This document shows, in pieces, positions 1-9,848 of a stretch of 64,000 nt of DNA. This stretch comes from a virus. Each line of letters opens with the position of its first letter. The first letter of the stretch is position 1. The notes under the pieces are model-generated. The model was not told the DNA's origin. It was given only the letters and a program-made list of their open reading frames with translations, and did not search any database. Both the position numbers and the translations under genes were made by a program. Location of the stretch: IMG/VR virus record IMGVR_UViG_3300044701_001468; one strand, 5' to 3'.

Positions 1-15
1 ACAGGAACCTGAGTT

Positions 16-369
16 TTAGCTGGCGGTAGTTGCTCTACTATAGTCGGGAGAATCCCCTGCACCGCATTCTGGGCAACCTTCGGTTGCTGTAGCGGCGATA
101 GTTGGCTCGACTGGAGCTGGGGTATCGACGACGAATTCAGGTTCTGGATTCCTTCCAGCGGGTTTATCGGCATCTTCTTTATCCTCTCCCTTCTTCAAAG
201 TATCAACTCCAAAGGTTGCTGCAGCAGCAGTGAATACTGTAGCAATAAATGTAGGGTCCATCTTAGCAAGAAGACCAGCATAACTAGCAGTGAGAAGAGC
301 AGCACTCCAACTCAAAACACTAATCCTAATAATTGTGCTCATACATTTTTCTCTTTTGTTGTTTTCCAT
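16..369 (-). CDS. Two-TM membrane protein, holin candidate
   Basis: Two hydrophobic helices (IIRISVLSWSAALLTASYAGLL; FIATVFTAAAATFGV) and an acidic/Pro-rich tail; directly downstream of the lysozyme. Confidence 0.55.
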   Translation of the reverse strand: MENNKREKCMSTIIRISVLSWSAALLTASYAGLLAKMDPTFIATVFTAAAATFGVDTLKKGEDKEDADKPAGRNPEPEFVVDTPAPVEPTIAATATEGCPECGAGDSPDYSRATTAS

Positions 370-385
370 TTGTCCTTATGCGAGG

Positions 386-1057
386 TTAACCTTTTTTCCA
401 AGCTTCACCTTCTGCTTTTCTCCTACGTGCTAGTCCTGCTTCTACATTTGAACCAGGATTTCTGTAGAGGTAAAGCGCATCGGGCACCTTATCCCATTCT
501 TTATTTTTTAGAACACGAGTGATAGTATTAAAATTATCACCACCATAAAAACCAGCGCCAAGATTATAAGCAAAAGAAAGTAGGGCACCTCTTTTGCCAT
601 CAGACATCTCATTCCAGTGAGGAATTTTACGAAGTGCTGGAAGAAAGTGATGCTTTGCTTCTTCAATTAATAGTTCATCTGCTTCTGCTTGAGTAATACT
701 ATCTCCCATGTGGAATGGTTTGCCATTCTTATCTCTGGTCGAACCCCATCCAATCGTGATTGGTAAACCACCAGATAGTGGATCTGGATATGCATTTAAT
801 CTGCATCCCTCAAATTCCTTAACTAATTTAATGCCCATTTGTGGAACATCATCGCCACCAACTACAGGAGCGGCAGCAGATGATGCTGATACTGGTGCCG
901 CATTACCCTTTTTTCCTCTATAGATCTCCGCCCAATCAATATTATCTTCTAGATATTTGACAGGTAAGTTATCTTCTAACCACTGAACTGCTTTCACATG
1001 GTTAGCATTCTTCTCATCATAGAATTTGAAGAAGTTGTGTAAATCGATTCTTGCCAT
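386..1057 (-). CDS. GH24 phage lysozyme (endolysin) with an extra N-terminal domain
   Basis: Catalytic region EFEGCRLNAYPDPLSGGLPITIGWG (E...D...T), LLSFAYNLG and C-terminal GLARRRKAE typical of GH24. Confidence 0.9.
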   Translation of the reverse strand: MARIDLHNFFKFYDEKNANHVKAVQWLEDNLPVKYLEDNIDWAEIYRGKKGNAAPVSASSAAAPVVGGDDVPQMGIKLVKEFEGCRLNAYPDPLSGGLPITIGWGSTRDKNGKPFHMGDSITQAEADELLIEEAKHHFLPALRKIPHWNEMSDGKRGALLSFAYNLGAGFYGGDNFNTITRVLKNKEWDKVPDALYLYRNPGSNVEAGLARRRKAEGEAWKKG

Positions 1058-1075
1058 TATTGTTCTCCGTTAGTA

Positions 1076-1747
1076 TCAATCAAAAATACGACCCCAACCA
1101 TCGTTGCCACCTGGGCACCAGCGATGCTTGAGAACTGCTTTGGTATAAATGGTCTTCTTACCATTTGTTACTGGACCAGTATAGTTATCGTTGAGTGAAC
1201 CATATGGGTCATTAACATAATATCCTTTGCCATCTGGTGTCTTACCAATGACTACACACATGTGACCACCAGTAGGAGCAGATAAAGAACCCCTATGGAG
1301 GATACCAATAACAACAGGTTTCCCAGCATCAAGGCTACGATCAATGTCAGCAAAAGAAAGATTATAACTAAAGTGAGACTTAACGCCATAACCTGCGAGA
1401 ACTTTCGTCTGTACCGCATGGTCAGTCGTGTCGCCAATCGCAAATACTTTTTTGACATACTCATCATCACCTTTGATGCTTCCTGGTTTGAGGAATGCAA
1501 GACACATAGCACATGACGAAGAGTTGCAAGTTCTATGTGCATCTCTATAGTTATCTACTTGATTAAAATATGGAACAGCAAGAACTGCAGGAGTTGGTGG
1601 TTTGGTCCTGAACATCCCAATCCATTCTGTTTCCGAGTCGTCTAAAAATTGAGCAGGTAGGTTATCCTCTAACCATTGAACTGCTGCTATATGATTATCA
1701 TTATTCTCATCATAAAATTTAAAAAAGTTATGAAGGTCTAGCGTCAT
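1076..1747 (-). CDS. C39-like cysteine peptidase with the same N-terminal domain as the lysozyme
   Basis: VPYFNQ start of domain, Cys (RTCNSSSCAM), His (GGHMCVVIG), Asp (VNDPYG); start moved to ATG at 1747 (GGAG upstream; aligns with the lysozyme N-terminus). Confidence 0.8.
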   Translation of the reverse strand: MTLDLHNFFKFYDENNDNHIAAVQWLEDNLPAQFLDDSETEWIGMFRTKPPTPAVLAVPYFNQVDNYRDAHRTCNSSSCAMCLAFLKPGSIKGDDEYVKKVFAIGDTTDHAVQTKVLAGYGVKSHFSYNLSFADIDRSLDAGKPVVIGILHRGSLSAPTGGHMCVVIGKTPDGKGYYVNDPYGSLNDNYTGPVTNGKKTIYTKAVLKHRWCPGGNDGWGRIFD

Positions 1748-2081
1748 TTTTGTCTCCGAATAAACGTATGAAGTACTCTGCGTCAACCACTGCTAGCGGT
1801 TTTTTTCCATTCTTTTTAATAACAACGAGAGGTTCATAGTCACCCGAGTTGGCAGATGCTTGCTCATAAGCATCCCATATATTTAGCTTCTCCACGTTTT
1901 TACATTCAATGCTGTGAGGGAACTTTAACCTAGCAGCACGAGCCATTATGAGATCCTCACCACCCGCTCCCATGCTACGGGATTCGATATCTTCTGGATG
2001 AACTTCAAGCATCTCAATAAGTTTATCTCTCACCCACTGTTGCAGACGGCGACCTTTCGCTTTCGCTGAACTTGGATTCAT
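1728..2081 (-). CDS. Holliday-junction-resolvase-like PD-(D/E)xK nuclease
   Basis: SAKAKGRRLQQWVRD, GAGGEDL, IECKNVEKLNIW motifs of phage Hjc-like resolvases. Confidence 0.8.
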   Translation of the reverse strand: MNPSSAKAKGRRLQQWVRDKLIEMLEVHPEDIESRSMGAGGEDLIMARAARLKFPHSIECKNVEKLNIWDAYEQASANSGDYEPLVVIKKNGKKPLAVVDAEYFIRLFGDKNDARPS

Positions 2082-2084
2082 AAT

Positions 2085-2112
2085 AAAAAACCTCCATGAT
2101 GGAGGTATTTAT
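2085..2112 (-). promoter_or_regulatory. Late promoter ATAAATA (2106-2112) followed by terminator hairpin CCTCCA-TCA-TGGAGG-T6
   Basis: Read directly; T4-type late -10 element upstream of the resolvase/lysis genes. Confidence 0.65.
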
Positions 2113-2250
2113 CTATTCAGTTGAACCAGGGGTCTGGAATTTTTCCATTAGAATCTTTAGTATCCACCTTTGTTGGTGGTTTAGATTCTCTATGTTTTGC
2201 TCCTGCTCCCTGAGTTTCTTTTGTATCTTTTCTATTTTTTTCTTTTTCAA
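2113..2250 (-). CDS. Possible 45-aa ORF (TTG start overlapping the nrdB stop), MKKKKIEKIQKKLREQEQNIENL...
   Basis: Hand-translated; fills the nrdB-to-late-promoter gap with coupling-type overlap; an alternative frame (2117..2407) also exists. Confidence 0.3.
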   Translation of the reverse strand: MKKKKIEKIQKKLREQEQNIENLNHQQRWILKILMEKFQTPGSTE

Positions 2251-3431
2251 AGTTTAAAACCAGCGAAAGTATCTTTCGTAACGTCTTGTTTAATACCGCC
2301 AATGACATAACTCTCAACCTCTGTTTCTTGTGGGGCAACTTGTAGACCCTTAGATGATAACCAGTGCTGAGTCCAAGGCAGTGGATTGTTTGACATAGGA
2401 GTATCAAACACAGGCTTCAAACCAATCGCTCGCATACGACGATTGGCAATATACTCAACATAAGAGTTGAGAAGTTTATCATTCAATCCAATGATGCTAC
2501 CATCTTTGAATAGATACTGCGCCCACGCTTTCTCTTCATCTACCGTCTTTTTAAATTGCTCAATAACCCACTGCTCTTCTTCTTTAGCGATTGTAACGAT
2601 GTCTGGGTCATCTCCATCATGCCACTTATTGATAATGTTTTGCGTAAGGACAAGATGTTGGCTTTCGTCTCTGGCGATGAGAGAGATAATTTTAGCGGAT
2701 CCCTCCATAAGTTTAAGTTCACCAAAAGCGAATGAACATGCGAACGAAACATAGAACCTAATCCCCTCTAAGATGTTTACATTAATAACAGCACGATAGA
2801 GCTTGCGCTTCAGTTCATAGAGAGTTTCTTTAGCAGCATCGACTCCTTCAAGTTGATGTTGCCACTGGTTACCAGATGAATACTCTTGTGCAGCACGGAT
2901 GAAATCATCGTATGCTTCTGTTACACTCTTTGCTCGCTCTAGGATATTCTGGTCATCAAGGATAGTATCAAATACTTCCGATGGATCAGAATAGATATTC
3001 TTAATAATATATGTATACGAACGAGAGTGAATCATCTCCATTGTCTGCCAAATAGACATACATGCTTCTAGTTCGGGTAGAGAGCAGTAAGGAGAAAATG
3101 CCATACCAGGAGCACGACCTTGCACAGAGTCAAGCATAATCTGATACTTCAGATTAGCAGTATAGATATGTTTTTGCTCTGGGCGAAGAGTCATATAATC
3201 CCCTCTATCTTTGGAGAGGGAGACCTCTTCAGGTCTCCAGAAGTATCCTAGTTGCTGCTGAGTTAGCTTATCAAAGATAGGATACTTGTAGGTATCATAT
3301 CTCTGCACACCAAGAGGAGCACCAAAAAACATTGGTTGTTTTTTGAGATCAACATGTTCCGAATTAAAAACGGTCATACCTTCAATCTCAGTTGATGGCA
3401 ATTCGTTGAGTTTAAATTTTGCAACTGTCAC
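2247..3431 (-). CDS. nrdB: Ribonucleotide reductase class Ia beta subunit
   Basis: FWRPEEV, EMIHSRSY, LEGIRFY, RDESQH di-iron motifs; follows nrdA. Confidence 0.97.
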   Translation of the reverse strand: MTVAKFKLNELPSTEIEGMTVFNSEHVDLKKQPMFFGAPLGVQRYDTYKYPIFDKLTQQQLGYFWRPEEVSLSKDRGDYMTLRPEQKHIYTANLKYQIMLDSVQGRAPGMAFSPYCSLPELEACMSIWQTMEMIHSRSYTYIIKNIYSDPSEVFDTILDDQNILERAKSVTEAYDDFIRAAQEYSSGNQWQHQLEGVDAAKETLYELKRKLYRAVINVNILEGIRFYVSFACSFAFGELKLMEGSAKIISLIARDESQHLVLTQNIINKWHDGDDPDIVTIAKEEEQWVIEQFKKTVDEEKAWAQYLFKDGSIIGLNDKLLNSYVEYIANRRMRAIGLKPVFDTPMSNNPLPWTQHWLSSKGLQVAPQETEVESYVIGGIKQDVTKDTFAGFKL

Positions 3432-5724
3432 AATCTTCTTCCTCCTGTACGTTTTCTAAAATTGAATTGAGTAAATTTTCTACTTCTTTTTTCTTCTCAT
3501 CGTCATCAGCATCTTTCTTAGCATCATATGTATTTTGATAATAAGATGTCTTCCAACCAAGTTTATAAGTAGTAAGAAGATCTTGTGCCATTACTGAAAC
3601 AGGAACTTCATTATTCTCGTAATGCTCTGGATTATATGACCAGTTTCCAGAAATCGCTTGATCGAAGAATTTTTGCATAACAGCAACAATATTAATATAA
3701 CCAGTATTCCCAGACATATCCCAAAGCAACGTATAGTTGTTTTTAAGAGTTGTATACTGGGGAACAATCTGTTTGAGAACTCCCTTCTTCGATTTCTTAA
3801 CGGACAAGTAAGCTCTAGGTGGTTCAATTCCATTTGTTTCATTTGACACAACGGAACTGCTCTCCGATGGCATCTGTGCGGACAATGTTGAGTTCCTAAG
3901 TCCGTTTTCCAAGATAGATACCCTAAGAGATTCCCAGTCATAGTTAAGGTTATTAGGTACGATTTGATCTACATCTTTTTTATAAGTATCGATAGGAAGA
4001 ATACCTTCAGCATACTTAGTGCGATCAAAGTAACCACACTTTCCTTTCTCTTTTGCTAGTTGGTTAGATGATTTCAGTAGATAATATTGGAATGCTTCGG
4101 TGAGATCATGAACCAGTTTCCATGCCATAGGATCATCGTAGTGCTCGCCATGGCGAGCAAGATAGTGTGCAAGACCGATATAACCAATACCAAGCGAACG
4201 ACGATTCTGAGTAGAGATTCGTGCTGCCTCAATTGGATAACCCTGATAGTCAATCAGTTCATCCAAAGCACGAACAGAAAGATCACAAAGTTCTTCCATT
4301 TCTTCTAGGTGCTTGATCTTACCTACATTAACAGCAGAAAGAATACACAGAGCAATCTCACCATTAGGGTCATCGATATGCTGAAGTGGTTTAGTGGGAA
4401 GTGTAATCTCTTGGCATAGGTTACTCATCCAAACCTTATCTTTAAAGGAAGAGTGCTCATTGCAGTGGTCAATATTCATGATGTAGATACGACCAGTCTC
4501 TGCTCTCTCTTTTAGGAGTGAAAGAAATAGTTCTTGAGCGCCAATAGTTTTTCTTGGAATAGAAGCATCTCGTTCGTAAACGCCATACAACTCGTCAAAA
4601 CCAGGAAGCCCAAAAGCATCTGAAAGACCAGGCACGTCATGTGGCGAGAAGAGAGAGATGGTGGTGTTGTTAATGAATCGTTCATAGAACAATTTACTGA
4701 TTTGAATGCTGTAGTCTAACTTACGAACTCGATTATCCTCAGTTCCTTTGTTATTTTTTAATACTAGAATGTCTTCGATTTCTCGGTGCCAGATTGGGAA
4801 GTGTACTGTCGCGGATCCACCTCGTATGCCATTTTGCGTACAACATCTGACAGTCGCTTCAAACTTCTTGAGAAACGGTATAACGCCAGTGTGTGCAACT
4901 TCTCCCCCTCTAATTTTGCTGTTGAGAGCACGGATGCGACCTGCGTTGATGCCGATTCCTGCGCGTTGAGCAACATAGCGACCAATAGCCATGTCACTGC
5001 TAAAGATGCTATCGAGGGTGTCATCACTATCAACAAGAACACAGCTCGCAAATTGTCGAAGTGGAGTTCTAACCCCCGCCAGGATAGGTGTGGGAACGTT
5101 GATTTTGTGTTTGCTGATTGCGTCATAATACCTCTTTACATATGACAGACGAGTTGCCTTAGGATACTCAGCAAAGATGGTTGCTGAAACTAACATGTAA
5201 GCGTATTGTGGAGTTTCAAAAACACTACCACTGCTTCTATCTTGTACCAGATACTTGTCAACTACTTGTCTAAGACCAGCATAAGTAAACAAGTAGTCAC
5301 GCCCATGATCAACCCAAGAACTAATCTTATTCCATTCTTCATCGGAATATTTAGAAGGCAGTTCTTGGTCGTAGATACCTTTGGTAACACCTTCACACAA
5401 ATGTGCTGCTACCGATGGAAAGCCGTTCTTCCAACTATCTCCAAAGACTTGCTTATATAGAGAGAACAGAAGGAGACGAGCAGCAACAAACTGATAGTTT
5501 GGAGACTCCAAATCAATAAGGTCACTAGCTGACCTAATAAGGATTTCTTGGATTTCTTGTGTTGTGATGCCATCGTAAAATTGAATACCCGATTGGATTT
5601 CTACTTGCGATGGTGACACACCAGAAAGACCATCACACGCACATTCTACCATCAGATGAATCTTGTCAAGGTTAAGAGATTCCAAAGATCCATCACGCTT
5701 TTTAACTTTGGTGCCGTTACTCAT
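3412..5724 (-). CDS. nrdA: Ribonucleotide reductase class Ia alpha subunit
   Basis: N-terminal ATP cone (VKKRDG), SCV, SNLCQEI, C-terminal CDSC; no intein-sized insertion. Confidence 0.97.
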   Translation of the reverse strand: MSNGTKVKKRDGSLESLNLDKIHLMVECACDGLSGVSPSQVEIQSGIQFYDGITTQEIQEILIRSASDLIDLESPNYQFVAARLLLFSLYKQVFGDSWKNGFPSVAAHLCEGVTKGIYDQELPSKYSDEEWNKISSWVDHGRDYLFTYAGLRQVVDKYLVQDRSSGSVFETPQYAYMLVSATIFAEYPKATRLSYVKRYYDAISKHKINVPTPILAGVRTPLRQFASCVLVDSDDTLDSIFSSDMAIGRYVAQRAGIGINAGRIRALNSKIRGGEVAHTGVIPFLKKFEATVRCCTQNGIRGGSATVHFPIWHREIEDILVLKNNKGTEDNRVRKLDYSIQISKLFYERFINNTTISLFSPHDVPGLSDAFGLPGFDELYGVYERDASIPRKTIGAQELFLSLLKERAETGRIYIMNIDHCNEHSSFKDKVWMSNLCQEITLPTKPLQHIDDPNGEIALCILSAVNVGKIKHLEEMEELCDLSVRALDELIDYQGYPIEAARISTQNRRSLGIGYIGLAHYLARHGEHYDDPMAWKLVHDLTEAFQYYLLKSSNQLAKEKGKCGYFDRTKYAEGILPIDTYKKDVDQIVPNNLNYDWESLRVSILENGLRNSTLSAQMPSESSSVVSNETNGIEPPRAYLSVKKSKKGVLKQIVPQYTTLKNNYTLLWDMSGNTGYINIVAVMQKFFDQAISGNWSYNPEHYENNEVPVSVMAQDLLTTYKLGWKTSYYQNTYDAKKDADDDEKKKEVENLLNSILENVQEEEDCDSCKI

Positions 5725-6707
5725 ATTTTTTTCCAGTCGTTAAGTTTAACTTTTGCTTCTAAACCATTGTAGGTGTTACATTCTACCATACTTTGAACTT
5801 CATGTCCAGCGAGAATCATATCATTGATATCCTTTTCTCTTACTGATGATGGCCAAATGACAACACTTTCTCCCTGGGCGATACACTTTTCATATCGCTG
5901 AACAATTTGTTTGTTTCTGGGTTCGTTGTCGTAAACAAATGTACGAGTAGGGTAATGTACCCTGTCAAGTACAACATCAGCACCACACATTGCCAGTCCG
6001 TTAGACAAGAAAAGAGAGTCGAACGGACCCTCTGTGATGTAAATATTTTCATTAACATCTATACGATCAAGTCCAAATAGTTTAGGATATTCCTTATCCA
6101 GGATGGTAGTGATATAACGTAAGCTTGAATTTTTATTAAGGGATCGCCCTTGATACCCAAACACTTTCCCATCAGATGATACAAGTGGGAGGATGATTCT
6201 TCCTTCTTTAATTTGATTGTCGTTCTTTTCCCAAGCATTGAAATGATCTGCGTAATAGAAGGTTGAGAAATATTTCTCTGGTATCTTGCGGGCGAGCAGA
6301 TATTGCTTTGCTGGATGTGTATTATTTAGCGATTCGATAGTTGGCAGTTCACTAAAAATGTTCTTCTTGAACACTGGTTTGGTGACAAATGGTTTGAGAT
6401 CAGGAGTCTTCACCTGATAGTTCTTACCAGTCATGCCTTCCTTATAACGCTCCATGACATACTCATCATGAAGGTTAATGTTTTGATCTTTTAGAAACTG
6501 CGAGAAATTTCTAGTTACACCACAATTATGGCACTTGAAAACAAAACTATCTCTCATAGAAAAGAGATAGCCCCGTGCTTTATTCTGCTTCTTCTCAGAG
6601 TCACCACAATAAGGGCAACGAAAGTTGTAAGTTCCTTTCTTTTTCTGGGTGAATTTGAGAAGTTGTGTAGAGACCAAACCAATATATTTGGTATCAATAT
6701 AACTCAT
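5721..6707 (-). CDS. gp61: DNA primase
   Basis: Zn finger RCPYCGDS...CHNCG; Toprim motifs EGPFDS, YDNE, KDIND. Confidence 0.95.
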   Translation of the reverse strand: MSYIDTKYIGLVSTQLLKFTQKKKGTYNFRCPYCGDSEKKQNKARGYLFSMRDSFVFKCHNCGVTRNFSQFLKDQNINLHDEYVMERYKEGMTGKNYQVKTPDLKPFVTKPVFKKNIFSELPTIESLNNTHPAKQYLLARKIPEKYFSTFYYADHFNAWEKNDNQIKEGRIILPLVSSDGKVFGYQGRSLNKNSSLRYITTILDKEYPKLFGLDRIDVNENIYITEGPFDSLFLSNGLAMCGADVVLDRVHYPTRTFVYDNEPRNKQIVQRYEKCIAQGESVVIWPSSVREKDINDMILAGHEVQSMVECNTYNGLEAKVKLNDWKKI

Positions 6708-7105
6708 TTTGTAAGGGGGGTCGCTGCTCCTCCTAGATTAGCACCACTGACGCCAGTTGTCAACAGGTTTCCAAAAAATGCCGCTGATCCTATGACTAGG
6801 GTGGCAGCGCCAACGACACCCATTGTAGCCCATCTAAACTTCGAAAGTTCTTCTACTTTCTTTTCAAGCGTAGTTAATTTTTCTTTAACATCTTTAATCA
6901 ACTCTAACAAAGCATAATGAGCTTTGTCAGTCTGTTCTATTTTATTTTCATGCCTTTCAAGAATGAGAGCAACGTTTTGGTTGCTCTCACTAATCTTGTC
7001 AACTGCCCTTTCAAGTTTGTCAAGCATCTCTTTCGAGAGATCTTCATAGATAGAAAATTTTGCTTCTAAAACTGATAGTTCAGTTTTACCAAATCCGAAA
7101 GCCAT
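6704..7105 (-). CDS. Coiled-coil protein with a C-terminal TM helix
   Basis: Heptad-rich body, hydrophobic WATMGVVGAATLVIGSAAFF; overlap-coupled to neighbours. Confidence 0.6.
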   Translation of the reverse strand: MAFGFGKTELSVLEAKFSIYEDLSKEMLDKLERAVDKISESNQNVALILERHENKIEQTDKAHYALLELIKDVKEKLTTLEKKVEELSKFRWATMGVVGAATLVIGSAAFFGNLLTTGVSGANLGGAATPLTK

Positions 7106-7117
7106 GATTCCTCGCTA

Positions 7118-7933
7118 TCAGTATGAGCCAGGAATATTACGAATAGCAAAGTCAAGTGCCTTTTGATATGAACTATTGCTCATGTTTAGCATCACACGGA
7201 ACTTGTCTCTGTTCTCTGCGGATAGATTTTCGTATGTAGCAAGGATTCTCTTGGCATCAAATACACCAATTCTTCCTGCCGTACCATCATTGAAAACTAA
7301 ATTTGCAAATGATGTTTCTGGATCTCTACCATATGCCGAACCTTCTTCAGCAACTTTCATGGCAGTGGTAAATACATCAACGCCACCAGCAGAACCACCA
7401 CGAGGAATTGCACCAGTCACAGGACTTTTATTCCAATCCATAGTATCCATCTCCGAAATTACATTACCCTGTGGGTCATATGAGTTTTTATGAACTTGCT
7501 TATCTGCTTTTTGTTGCTTTTCTGCTGCTTTCTTTTTGAAATCAGACATACGAGCACGAAGCAGAGTGTTCATTTCGTCTGATTTGTCAGACATTTTTCT
7601 TTTTGCTTCGCTGCGCTTTGCTTGAAGATCGCGCTTTGCTCTCATTTCCTTAGAAGCTTTAATCTGCTTCTGTGCCTTTTCAGTATCAGATACTGCCTCA
7701 GCAATAATCTCTCTGTTGTCTTCAACCATTTTAGTTTTCCTCCTGGACATTACACGTTGGATTAATTTTCTAGCACCTTTTTTGCGACCATCAATTTTAT
7801 CTGGTTTGTCGCCTTTCCATTTTGATTTTTTCTTTTTGTTTGTATTAACAAATACAAAGGCAGGAGGAAGTGCTAGTGAAGATCCATCACCTGCCATCAT
7901 TTCATTCATAGTAGTTTTAGAAGTTTCAGACAT
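7118..7933 (-). CDS. Hypothetical Lys-rich protein, possible internal head protein
   Basis: Long ORF in the late cluster; basic blocks separated by [ILMV]xE sites. Confidence 0.6.
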   Translation of the reverse strand: MSETSKTTMNEMMAGDGSSLALPPAFVFVNTNKKKKSKWKGDKPDKIDGRKKGARKLIQRVMSRRKTKMVEDNREIIAEAVSDTEKAQKQIKASKEMRAKRDLQAKRSEAKRKMSDKSDEMNTLLRARMSDFKKKAAEKQQKADKQVHKNSYDPQGNVISEMDTMDWNKSPVTGAIPRGGSAGGVDVFTTAMKVAEEGSAYGRDPETSFANLVFNDGTAGRIGVFDAKRILATYENLSAENRDKFRVMLNMSNSSYQKALDFAIRNIPGSY

Positions 7934-8265
7934 GATTCGTCTACATCTTTTGTATCTACATCTTCTGGCAATCGATCAAGGAATACCATAAATGCTTTTA
8001 AGATTGACCAGTATTGCGATTCTATTTTATAGAATAGAAGCAGCGTTGCTGCGTCATTGAATACATTATATAGTGTAATAATATGATTGAGAATTAAGTG
8101 GTGTTTCAATTCACCAGTAGTTTCATAACGACGAAGTAATCTTTTGATATATTTGAACTTTTGTAAGTCCTCTTCGAAGTCATCATATGTAACAGACAAC
8201 GGGTTGTCATAGTTTTTAATAGCAAATAACAACCAGTTGTCTGGTGTCAACTCATGAAAAATCAT
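7906..8265 (-). CDS. Conserved T4-like hypothetical protein
   Basis: LFAIKNYDNP...DFEEDLQKFKYIKRLLRRY...LILNHII pattern recalled from T4-like phages. Confidence 0.7.
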   Translation of the reverse strand: MIFHELTPDNWLLFAIKNYDNPLSVTYDDFEEDLQKFKYIKRLLRRYETTGELKHHLILNHIITLYNVFNDAATLLLFYKIESQYWSILKAFMVFLDRLPEDVDTKDVDESCLKLLKLL

Positions 8266-8271
8266 ATATTA

Positions 8272-8934
8272 TCAAGCGTAGGTAATCGAAGCAGAGTTCG
8301 AAGTTACTGTTGTAGCGCCACCAGTAGAGCTGATTCTTACACGGAACTTGTAACCATCGTAGGTTGCCTTAGCAGCAGCAGTGAGTGTAAGAGTTGCACC
8401 TGTTGTTCCACTAAATGGTGCTGTATCAGTAAGATTAGTCCACTTGGTTGTCTGCGAAGCAGTTTGATACTGCCACTGATACTGAAGTGTTGCTTGACCA
8501 GCAGCAGTAACCGCAAAGGTTCCAGTGTAAGGTGTAGCAGCACCAGTAACATCAGCAGGTTGTGCTGAGATAGTGATGGCAGTTATTGTTGGTGGATCAC
8601 CCGCAAAAGCATCATCGTTAACTGATGCGCCACCAGAATAACGAGCATATGTACCATCGCCAGCATTTGCTTGAGTTTCATGTAGAACTACAAGGCACTC
8701 TGTCTTATAACGCTTAGTACCATCTGGCATTTCGATTGTGTAATACGACCACCAACCAGGAGTATCAAACCCACGTTTGATATTTTCCTCCATTTGTGCT
8801 TCTTCGATAGAAACAAATAGGACTTGTCTACCAGGAACGGTAGGTGCATTTGTTTCGAGCGAATCCATTGCGTGGTATCTATCGAACCACTTAGGCACCG
8901 AACCCGCTGCGTCTGTCTTGCCCCATAGAGCCAT
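8272..8934 (-). CDS. Virion structural protein with a C-terminal Ig-like domain
   Basis: MALWG start; ISAQPADV...LQYQWQ...ATLTL...DGYKFRV Ig signature; perfect TATAAATA upstream. Confidence 0.7.
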   Translation of the reverse strand: MALWGKTDAAGSVPKWFDRYHAMDSLETNAPTVPGRQVLFVSIEEAQMEENIKRGFDTPGWWSYYTIEMPDGTKRYKTECLVVLHETQANAGDGTYARYSGGASVNDDAFAGDPPTITAITISAQPADVTGAATPYTGTFAVTAAGQATLQYQWQYQTASQTTKWTNLTDTAPFSGTTGATLTLTAAAKATYDGYKFRVRISSTGGATTVTSNSASITYA

Positions 8935-8972
8935 AACTGTTCTCCCCTTAAAGGTTTCTTTTATCTAAAAGA

Positions 8973-9004
8973 TATTTATAAAAAAAGGGGATGCGAACAT
9001 CCCC
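8973..9004 (-). terminator. Intrinsic terminator GGGGATG-TTCG-CATCCCC-T6 running into late promoter TATAAATA (8973-8980)
   Basis: Perfect stem, UUCG loop and U-tract. Confidence 0.8.
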
Positions 9005-9025
9005 AGTGTATATTTAGATTTGATA

Positions 9026-9205
9026 TCAAGGGGTAAGATCTTTGCCACCCTTTGCTTTTAGTTGTCCTTGAACTTGTAAAAGAATGAGTGAAAGAATACC
9101 ATTTGATTTGACTTTTGGGTTTGCTCCAAGTGCCTCGGAAACTGCAAAAAGTACAGTTGCGATGAGTGCTTGGTTAGCAATTGCCCATGCGATTACAGCG
9201 GACAT
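9026..9205 (-). CDS. 59-aa small membrane protein absent from the ORF track (MSAVIAWAIANQALIATVLFAVSEALG...KDLTP)
   Basis: Hand-translated ATG 9205 to TGA 9026; hydrophobic; sits between a gene end and a terminator. Confidence 0.7.
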   Translation of the reverse strand: MSAVIAWAIANQALIATVLFAVSEALGANPKVKSNGILSLILLQVQGQLKAKGGKDLTP

Positions 9206-9233
9206 GATAACTTCTGCTATAGGTCGCCTCTAT

Positions 9234-9848
9234 TTATGCTGCCTTCTTTGCCATTGAAGTAGCAGTTCCATACATCACTTCTTTTGCTTTATCGCCATAC
9301 TTTGATTTAAAAGAACCAAACTTCTTCTTCATTCCTTTAACAAACTTTTCTTTCTTGGCTGTCTCTGCTTTTGAAAGTTTCTTTTCTTCTAATTCAACGT
9401 GCTCGTTTGCTTGCTTTTTCTTTTCCTTCTTCTTCAAATCGTCCTGACTCTTAGGTGGTTCTGGATCGTTTGGAGTATCAACATTAGGCATGACTTCAAT
9501 TTCTACCTTCTTTCCTTCAGCAACTTCTGCTGCCTTCTCCCACATTTCCTTAACCGACTTCTTACCTTTTCTGGCACGAAGTAAAGCAAAGTCATGAGCA
9601 TCTACTTTACCATTTTTGTTGGCATCAATCTTTTCTTGATTGCCAGGCATGTCTTTTCTTTCTTCGATGTGCTCAATCTCTTCAGACTTCACACACTTGT
9701 CTTTACCATTCTCAGTGCCAGCATACTTGTAACCTTTCCAGCAAGCTTTGCCATCGGCACCTTGCTCTTTGCCTTCTTTGTTTTTGCCTTCATCCAATTT
9801 GGCAACTGCTCGTTCAATGAGATGTTTAGAAAATTCGTCAATTGTCAT
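9234..9848 (-). CDS. Modular Lys/Glu-rich protein, probable internal head protein
   Basis: CWKGY...C module, DANKNGKVD motif and basic C-terminal module; TATAAATA at 9870-9877. Confidence 0.65.
   Translation of the reverse strand: MTIDEFSKHLIERAVAKLDEGKNKEGKEQGADGKACWKGYKYAGTENGKDKCVKSEEIEHIEERKDMPGNQEKIDANKNGKVDAHDFALLRARKGKKSVKEMWEKAAEVAEGKKVEIEVMPNVDTPNDPEPPKSQDDLKKKEKKKQANEHVELEEKKLSKAETAKKEKFVKGMKKKFGSFKSKYGDKAKEVMYGTATSMAKKAA

Noticed and set aside
2117-2407. 96-aa ORF overlapping the nrdB 3' end
   Set aside because: Most of it overlaps nrdB out of frame and has no plausible start in the gap; the TTG-start frame (2113-2250) fits the gap better, though neither is certain
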